A stretch of DNA of 64,000 bases, taken from positions 3,072,001 to 3,136,000 of the forward strand of contig OZ220744.1 of NCBI GenBank assembly GCA_965116925.1, in the 5' to 3' direction. Below are positions 57,726 through 64,000 of the stretch, one piece after another (the first letter of the stretch is position 1; every line of letters starts with the position of its first letter). This DNA is from Candidatus Poribacteria bacterium. GTDB lineage: Bacteria; Poribacteria; WGA-4E; PCPOR2b. Below the pieces are notes generated by a model. That model saw only the letters and a program-made list of their open reading frames with translations. It was not told the DNA's origin and did not search any database. A program made the translations under genes and the position numbers.

Positions 57726-58751
57726 TTGAGACCAAGAAACATAGAGAGGGGAAGACAACGCTCCTGCTCCTCTTTCTCTAATTTCCCTTTTCCTGTTGTT
57801 CGACAGGCTTTCTCTAAGTTGTGGATTTGTTTACTTCTGATTGTATTAAGTTTACACACAATAGCGGGGATGGCAGCGAAATCACCTTATGATACCATCG
57901 AAGGAGCGGCGGCGTATATTGTCAAACATCAGAATGAAGATGGCGGTTGGCCCCTCATACCGGGTGGAGAAAGTGATGTTGAAGTTACAGCATTTGCAAT
58001 GCAGGCACTGATGCTAAAAGGTTGGGGATCCGGTTCAAGTGTCATCCGTCGAGGGGTCAGCTATTTGGTAAAAAATCAGAAATCAGATGGAAGCTGGAAC
58101 GGAAATGCCGCTCATACCATTTTTGCTGTTATGGCACTCAAGCGAGCTGAAGTCGTAGAATATTGGCAAGCCCAGTTTAATGGGCTCAAATGGCTTGAGG
58201 AGACCCAAAGAGAAAGCGGAAGCTGGGGACGTGAAATCCGCCAACCCGGTAACCCGCTCTATACAGGGGCTGTTTTAACAGGGCTTGGGATCCTTGACTT
58301 TGACGGGGAATCTGAGCTTGTTACCAAGGCTGCCAATTGGCTTGCCAATCGCATCAATTATGATGGTGGATGGTCAATGGAACAGGGGTTACGCGCTCGG
58401 TCTAGTGTTCTGGTCACTTCATGGGTATTGCAGGGACTATCGCTTGCTTATAATATTGACGAGCAACTCGCATGGCTAAAGCAGATGCAAAACGATGATG
58501 GTGGATTTGGTAGGTGGGAAGGTGCACCGAGCGATCCGGAAGTTACCGCCTATGCGGTTCTCGCATTAGTGATTGGGGAAGATCCCTTGAACGCGGATCA
58601 GGTCGCGCTAAGGTATTTGAGGGAGGTGCAACAGGAAGATGGAAGTTTCGTTAGTGCCACCCCCATTGAACTAAAAGAGCCAACGGCGAATTTACAAACC
58701 ACCTGCTTTGTGCTGTGGGCAATATATGCAGAAAAACTCAAAGGGAAATAA
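57726..58751 (+). CDS. Prenyltransferase/squalene-cyclase (QW) repeat protein, probably exported; start uncertain
   Basis: QNEDGGW, QKSDGSW, QRESGSW, QNDDGGF and QQEDGSF repeats. Confidence 0.85.
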   Translation: MRPRNIERGRQRSCSSFSNFPFPVVRQAFSKLWICLLLIVLSLHTIAGMAAKSPYDTIEGAAAYIVKHQNEDGGWPLIPGGESDVEVTAFAMQALMLKGWGSGSSVIRRGVSYLVKNQKSDGSWNGNAAHTIFAVMALKRAEVVEYWQAQFNGLKWLEETQRESGSWGREIRQPGNPLYTGAVLTGLGILDFDGESELVTKAANWLANRINYDGGWSMEQGLRARSSVLVTSWVLQGLSLAYNIDEQLAWLKQMQNDDGGFGRWEGAPSDPEVTAYAVLALVIGEDPLNADQVALRYLREVQQEDGSFVSATPIELKEPTANLQTTCFVLWAIYAEKLKGK

Positions 58752-58768
58752 CAGTGAATGAGGCTTAT

Positions 58769-58876
58769 TATAGTGAGTTCAAAAAATAAAGACACACCTT
58801 CGTTTCCCATGTTTGGTAGGCGCTGTTTGTAACCGCGCCGATTTGGAGTGTTTAAGTAATTCTAAAATCTACCATA
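58769..58876 (+). mobile_element. MITE A copy
   Basis: TATAGTGAGTTC...AATCTACCATA. Confidence 0.75.
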
Positions 58877-58905
58877 TTTTTGATAAACTAGAGAGGAAAA
58901 GGTAA

Positions 58906-59679
58906 ATGCCGCAAATCAATTTTATGAATGAACTCGGTATCGCAATGGTTGTTCTTGTCATAGCGATGATGACTTCTGTACGTATCCTTAGAGAATATGA
59001 AAGGGCGGTCGTATTTCGGTTGGGACGTTTGACCGGTGCGAGGGGCCCCGGGTTGGTCCTGCTCATACCGTTCTGGATTGAGCGGATGCAGCGCGTGAGT
59101 CTTCGGACTGTCGTACAGGATGTGACACCACAGGATGTAATTACCAAGGACAACGTTTCCGTAAGTGTGAACGCCGTTTTAACCTTCCGCATCGTGGATG
59201 CTGCAAGAGCAGTCGTCGAGGTCGAAGATTTTGGGTTTGCAATCAGTCAGCTGGCGCAAACAACGCTCCGAAGCATTCTCGGAAGTGCAGAACTTGATGA
59301 CCTCTTGTCGGAACGTGAAAAACTGAATCAGGAGTTAGAGGAGATTATCCAAAGGAACAGCGAAACATGGGGCATCAGTGTCATCGCTATGGAGATTAAG
59401 CATGTAGACCTGCCCGCAGAAATGCAGCGAGCGATGGCGAAACAGGCAGAGGCAGAGCGGGAACGCCGCGCCAAGTTTACCCACGCTACGGGAGAGTTGG
59501 AATCGTCCGAAGCATTAACGGAGGCCGCAACAACCTTGAGCAGAAATCCGATCGGTATACAACTCCGTTACCTGCAAGCCCTCATTGAAGTGGCTGCCGA
59601 GAAAAACTCCACACTGGTTTTCCCGATACCGGTAGATCTATTGAGCTCATTTATAAAGCAGGGAAACAAAACGGATTGA
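58906..59679 (+). CDS. Slipin/stomatin (SPFH) family protein
   Basis: [24 protein letters not shown] and [13 protein letters not shown] motifs. Confidence 0.95.
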   Translation: MPQINFMNELGIAMVVLVIAMMTSVRILREYERAVVFRLGRLTGARGPGLVLLIPFWIERMQRVSLRTVVQDVTPQDVITKDNVSVSVNAVLTFRIVDAARAVVEVEDFGFAISQLAQTTLRSILGSAELDDLLSEREKLNQELEEIIQRNSETWGISVIAMEIKHVDLPAEMQRAMAKQAEAERERRAKFTHATGELESSEALTEAATTLSRNPIGIQLRYLQALIEVAAEKNSTLVFPIPVDLLSSFIKQGNKTD

Positions 59680-59739
59680 CGTACTCCCAAAGCTAAAGGA
59701 TTGGGATTTAGACCTAAAGGGTTTTTCGTTAAATGTTTC

Positions 59740-60189
59740 CGCTCATGTTAAGATTTAGTGTAAAGAAACCGAGTTTGACCCCCCTGACAAGGGGGGCAGC
59801 GAAGGGGAGCTTCGCAGGCGAGTTAAAAAAACTCGGTTTCTCTTCGTCCTTTGCACCTTCTTTTTATTTAAGCCAATGTTTCAAATGTTGTTAGGTTCTG
59901 TTGACATTTAACGGTCCGTAGGTTGGGTTGAACGGGAACCGTGAAACCCAACAATGTCCCCCCTCCGTAGGTCGGGCATCTTGCCCGACTCATAGCCCCA
60001 GCGGGGCGACATGTATGGGGTATCGTAACGCAACTAGCAACTTACGTTAATTATAGTGAATTCTAAGAATAAATAGACATTCACCGATAACTTCAACCTA
60101 CGCGAAATTTCCAAAGTCCCCCTGACAAGGGGGATTTAGGGGGTTGGCTGTGCATTGGGAATGTCTAAATAATTCTAAAACCTACTATA
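59740..60189 (+). mobile_element. MITE D (59740-59874), REPs, and MITE A (60052-60189) with a different CCCCCTGACAAGGGGG hairpin cargo
   Basis: AATGTTTC TSD around D; family A termini. Confidence 0.72.
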
Positions 60190-60200
60190 AGACACTTCCC

Positions 60201-61553
60201 CTAATGTCCGAGCCCATTGCCCATCAGAACATGGGTGCCGACTGTGCCATCGGTAATATTAAAGATAGAGGGAAATCTATCCTTCCACCCCTCATTTGCC
60301 ACAGGACAAAATTGGCGAGCGTTGCCCTCAATTGCGGTGACTCGCGGCACCCGTGCAGCCAGCCCCGCGGAATGCAGGAACGATGCCCCCGGACAGGTCA
60401 GATCCTGTACCGCTAAGAACATATCGTATTCAATCGCCGCAGCCCCCATAAGCAACGCTTGAGACTGCCCCTTACACGCCTTGAGTGCGACACCAGAATA
60501 TCCCTGTTCCCGTGCGAGTTGAAACGTCTCAAAGTCGGTCAGGGACTCGTCGATGACGACCGGTTTAATCTCCGCTGCGCGGTGCATTTTGTTCTCAGGA
60601 TGCGCCTTGAGGTTTCGATCTGTCGGTTGCTCGATATAAGCCAACCGCTCAAAGGCGTGTCCATCACCCTCCTGAATTTTATGCAGAAACGCTAACAGGT
60701 ACTCGACATCTTGGCATGTTTCATTGAAATCCGCAGAGTAGTACCACTCACTCACACCCCGTTTTATCTGTGTTTCGGCGGTGATTTTCTCAATCGAAAG
60801 CACCCGCTGCACATCCCAGTCTAAGTCATCTCCATTCAGTTTGATTTTCAGATGCGTCAATCCATCTGTGACAATCCACTCCGGCAACGTCTCCGGGTGT
60901 CCGTCATTGAGACGGTTCGGAATATCCGCATCGGTCAGTGGGTCCAACGCACCAACCAAGTGGTAGAGCGGCATCTTTGGCTTCGGCCGTCGTAGGGTGT
61001 ACTGGTCAAGGTACTTACCAACAAATTTTTCATTAAGGTAGTGCGACAGGTCGTGGCTCATGAAATCTTCACTGAGTCCATCGTAACTGTTAATACCGTT
61101 TGCCTTGCCGAATCCATCGTGGATGGCTGCGTCAATGGGGCTTGCCGTAACCGCCGTGCAGAGCTTCGGAATTGGTGTGGCGAGCTCCATTTCCGCAGAC
61201 AGGTTGGCTGCGATTTTGAGAAATTCGGGTTCAAGTGCCTCAGAGAGATCTACCGGGTGAGCGCACAGATTGCACGCACGTGTGGCTTCAACCAGCCATT
61301 CTGAGAGACGCTTCATCGCCTCAAGACTTTGGTCATAGGGAACGTAACGCGGTGGAAACGCCCACACATTGCTAAGCGTCATTGACCCCAAACCCACCGC
61401 CTCTTTCCCATCGCGTGTCTGCACCTGAACGCGTACATTCAGCAATCCACAATTATCTATCGGAACACCCCCGAATTTGAGCGGGGTGCGATATTGGTAC
61501 TCCTCGAAATCACAACTGACATCCAGAATCCGAATGTCCGTACTTTTGGACAT
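60201..61553 (-). CDS. Mandelate racemase / enolase superfamily protein
   Basis: HLKIKL, ADFNE, YIEQP, VIDES and ALKACK motifs. Confidence 0.85.
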   Translation of the reverse strand: MSKSTDIRILDVSCDFEEYQYRTPLKFGGVPIDNCGLLNVRVQVQTRDGKEAVGLGSMTLSNVWAFPPRYVPYDQSLEAMKRLSEWLVEATRACNLCAHPVDLSEALEPEFLKIAANLSAEMELATPIPKLCTAVTASPIDAAIHDGFGKANGINSYDGLSEDFMSHDLSHYLNEKFVGKYLDQYTLRRPKPKMPLYHLVGALDPLTDADIPNRLNDGHPETLPEWIVTDGLTHLKIKLNGDDLDWDVQRVLSIEKITAETQIKRGVSEWYYSADFNETCQDVEYLLAFLHKIQEGDGHAFERLAYIEQPTDRNLKAHPENKMHRAAEIKPVVIDESLTDFETFQLAREQGYSGVALKACKGQSQALLMGAAAIEYDMFLAVQDLTCPGASFLHSAGLAARVPRVTAIEGNARQFCPVANEGWKDRFPSIFNITDGTVGTHVLMGNGLGH

Positions 61554-61588
61554 AAACCCTTCTCCCAAATAGAATGAAAGTCACCTAA

Positions 61589-61776
61589 GTTGCTAGGTAA
61601 CCTGTAGGTCGAGATTCATATCTCGACAAGACACTAATGAACTTCTTACGCATTACGTTTCACGTTTTACCACTAATAAACCAATGAACTGTTGCTAGGT
61701 AACCTGTATCGACAAGACACTAATGAACTTCTTGCGCATTACGTTTCACGTTTTACCACTAATAAACCAATGAACT
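61589..61776. repeat. Tandem duplication of about 100 bp; second copy lacks the REP hairpin core
   Basis: ACCTGTAGGTCGAGATTCATATCTCGACAAGAC versus ACCTGTATCGACAAGAC. Confidence 0.8.
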
Positions 61777-61790
61777 AATGAACTAACATA

Positions 61791-63047
61791 TTATCTCAGA
61801 TCCAAACAGACCATCTCCTTCTGATTGCGAAGATAAAGTCTCCCACCAGCCAACGTTGGCACAGTCCAACATTTGTCATCGAACAGTTGAAAGCGAGCTT
61901 TTTCTCTGTATTCGCTGGGATTGGCTTCGACCAATGCCAGTTTTCCGCCATCGCCGAGGATAATTAAATAACCATCTGCAAGTAGCAAGGACCCTTTTCC
62001 GAAACCGCGTTGTCTCCACTGTTCTTCGCCGCTGTTTACCTCAATACAGGTTAAGATAGCGTTATCGAAACCGTACAGATAATCGCCTTGAAGCACCGAT
62101 GAGTTGAAATGGTTCTTCATCACGCGGCTTTTCCATACCTCCTCAATCCCTATCCCATTTTCATCGGCTATCATTTTGAGAAGCACGGCACCCTTATCAT
62201 AGGAAGCAGAGATAAAGATTTTATCGTCGGGTATGAAAATCGGCGTGGCAATATTGATGCCCTCAGGCCAAGGGTACTTCCAGTAAATCTGACCGCTTTT
62301 TGGTGCCAAGGACAGTAGTGTTTTAGACGTTAGGAATATGATTTGCCGTACCCCACCGAAGTCGATGGCAATAGGTGATGAATACCCCACCTCATCTGTG
62401 TGGGTTGTCCATACGACATCGCCGCTTGTTTTGTCGAACGCAACAATAGCTTGGTCATCTTTACCGCCAGCTTCAACCAGAACCAGATCGCCTTCAATTA
62501 GAGGCGATGAAGAAAATCCCCAAGTAGGTATCTTGCTGTCGAACTCCGCTACGAAATTATGTGCCCATAACTTTGTCCCATCACGGGCATCTAAGGCGTA
62601 AAGTTTACCCTCCGCTCCCAGCGCAAAGACCGAATCACCGTGAACAGTCGGCATAGAACGGGGACCATCACCGCGTTGCTCGGTGAATTTCGCGCCAGAT
62701 CGAAATCGCCAAACTTCCTCACCATTGGACGCATCTAGGCAAATCACAAACTCATCCTTGCCTTCAGCGAACATTGTGTAAACCTTGCCTTGAGCGATGG
62801 AGATACCGGAGTAGCCATCTCCAAACGGAATATGCCACAAGACTTTCGGCCCCGCTTCGGACCAACTTTTGAGAAATCCGGTCTCGGACGAGATGCCATC
62901 CCGATTCGGACCACGCCATTGAGCCCATTCCGCTATGCTATGATCATCCGCATCAGCACTCAACACGGCACCAATTAAACACCAAGTTCCAAAGAACACC
63001 GCGGCACATCTTCTAAGCAAGACATAAACGCTATTTTCCATTGTCAT
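61791..63047 (-). CDS. PQQ-like / BamB-like beta-propeller exported protein
   Basis: WAQWRGPNRDG, GYSSP and WTVPTLAGGRLYLR motifs. Confidence 0.9.
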   Translation of the reverse strand: MTMENSVYVLLRRCAAVFFGTWCLIGAVLSADADDHSIAEWAQWRGPNRDGISSETGFLKSWSEAGPKVLWHIPFGDGYSGISIAQGKVYTMFAEGKDEFVICLDASNGEEVWRFRSGAKFTEQRGDGPRSMPTVHGDSVFALGAEGKLYALDARDGTKLWAHNFVAEFDSKIPTWGFSSSPLIEGDLVLVEAGGKDDQAIVAFDKTSGDVVWTTHTDEVGYSSPIAIDFGGVRQIIFLTSKTLLSLAPKSGQIYWKYPWPEGINIATPIFIPDDKIFISASYDKGAVLLKMIADENGIGIEEVWKSRVMKNHFNSSVLQGDYLYGFDNAILTCIEVNSGEEQWRQRGFGKGSLLLADGYLIILGDGGKLALVEANPSEYREKARFQLFDDKCWTVPTLAGGRLYLRNQKEMVCLDLR

Positions 63048-63190
63048 ATAAATCTCCTTGATATAATGAAGGTATTTCTTAGGCTCATGTTAAGAAACTG
63101 TACAACAAAAATCGTAGAGGCGAGGTCACCTCGCCCGTGCTTGCTAATGAACCAATCATTTTCACATTTCATGCATCACGTTTCACGTCC

Positions 63191-64000
63191 TTAGTGTTTC
63201 CCTGTCATATCTAAGCAGATCATTTCCGCTTCGTTTCGCACGTAAAGTTTACCGTTCGCAAGCGTCGGTACAGTCCAGCACAGTCCACTCAGCACCTTCG
63301 CACTCGCTTTCTCTATGTATCCTGCGGGTGTTGCTTCAGCTAGCCCCAGCTTGCCGCGGTCGCTGAGAATAATCAGGTGACCGTCAGCGAGTATCACCGT
63401 TCCCTTTCCAAATCCACGGGTCTTCCACTGTTCTTCGCCGGTCTCCGCCTCAATACACTTCAGAATAGAATTGTCGAAGCCGTACAGATAGTTTTCGTGA
63501 AGCACTGACGAGGCAAACTGGTTCTTCATTTTGCGATTTTTCCAAATCTCTTTAATCCTCACTCTACCTCGGTTTTCCCTGATCTGATCCATTGCAGCGC
63601 GGTCATCGTCAGGTGAAATGAAAACCCGCATCTGTAGCACAGCGGCACCCTTGTCATACCCGGAGGAGATAAAGACTTTATCCGGTGGAATAAAAACCGG
63701 TGTCGCGGCGTTGACATCGTAGCCAGTCTTCCAAGGGTACTGCCAGTAAATAGCCCCATCGACTGGAGAGACGGAAACCAACTTAGTCCCTGTAAAGCAG
63801 ATGATTTGTCGAACCCCGTTGACCGTAACCGCGATGGGCGATGAGTATCCAAGTTTGTCTTTATGAGAACTCCATAGCACATCACCACTGTTTTTATTAA
63901 AGGCAACGATCGATTTTTTACCTTTCCCACCAACTTCGACCAGAAGCAACTCTCCCTCAACTAACGGCGACGTGCTGAACCCCCATCTCGGCATTTTGCT
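63191..64000 (-). CDS. PQQ-like beta-propeller protein (paralog of the neighbour; 5' part outside window)
   Basis: PRWGFSTSPL, GYSSP and WTVPTLANGKLYVR motifs. Confidence 0.88.
   Translation of the reverse strand, partial: SKMPRWGFSTSPLVEGELLLVEVGGKGKKSIVAFNKNSGDVLWSSHKDKLGYSSPIAVTVNGVRQIICFTGTKLVSVSPVDGAIYWQYPWKTGYDVNAATPVFIPPDKVFISSGYDKGAAVLQMRVFISPDDDRAAMDQIRENRGRVRIKEIWKNRKMKNQFASSVLHENYLYGFDNSILKCIEAETGEEQWKTRGFGKGTVILADGHLIILSDRGKLGLAEATPAGYIEKASAKVLSGLCWTVPTLANGKLYVRNEAEMICLDMTGKH

Noticed and set aside
57726..58751. Squalene-hopene or oxidosqualene cyclase
   Set aside because: Only about 340 aa, no DxDD/DCTAE motif, and it appears exported; only the QW repeats are shared.

Overview
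Bacterial chromosomal window. Gene content suggests Candidatus Poribacteria or a relative (inference, no marker rRNA present): secreted WD40, dockerin and 'NYPNPFNPETWIPY' FlgD/T9SS-like-tail proteins, PhyH dioxygenases, PQQ-like propellers and a DUF6785-type membrane protein. The window holds about 45 CDS (mostly oxidoreductases), tRNA-Phe and tRNA-Thr, mnmA, an ECF sigma/anti-sigma pair, a mocA-coxD-[TA pair]-coxE-like cluster, a TnpB-only IS200/IS605 element and an intact IS630. Highlights: (1) a Rieske-GAF-PAS sigma54 activator, divergent from a sigma54 promoter with three palindromic enhancer boxes, next to two paralogous Rieske-plus-helical-domain proteins (candidate undescribed redox-sensing system); (2) at least six nested MITE families in the intergenic DNA, most carrying GTAG-type REP hairpins, with one family matched in the window to its probable IS630 transposase and all 12 complete copies in the same orientation; (3) four sigma54 promoters, two separated from their genes by insertions and one driving a structured leader plus a small Cys-rich protein; (4) a WD40 gene with near-identical DNA repeats that vary at fixed positions; (5) an Rpn gene deleted down to its antitoxin-like C-terminus; (6) a 58-aa zinc-ribbon gene absent from the ORF track. 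No CRISPR array, rRNA or reverse transcriptase was seen.
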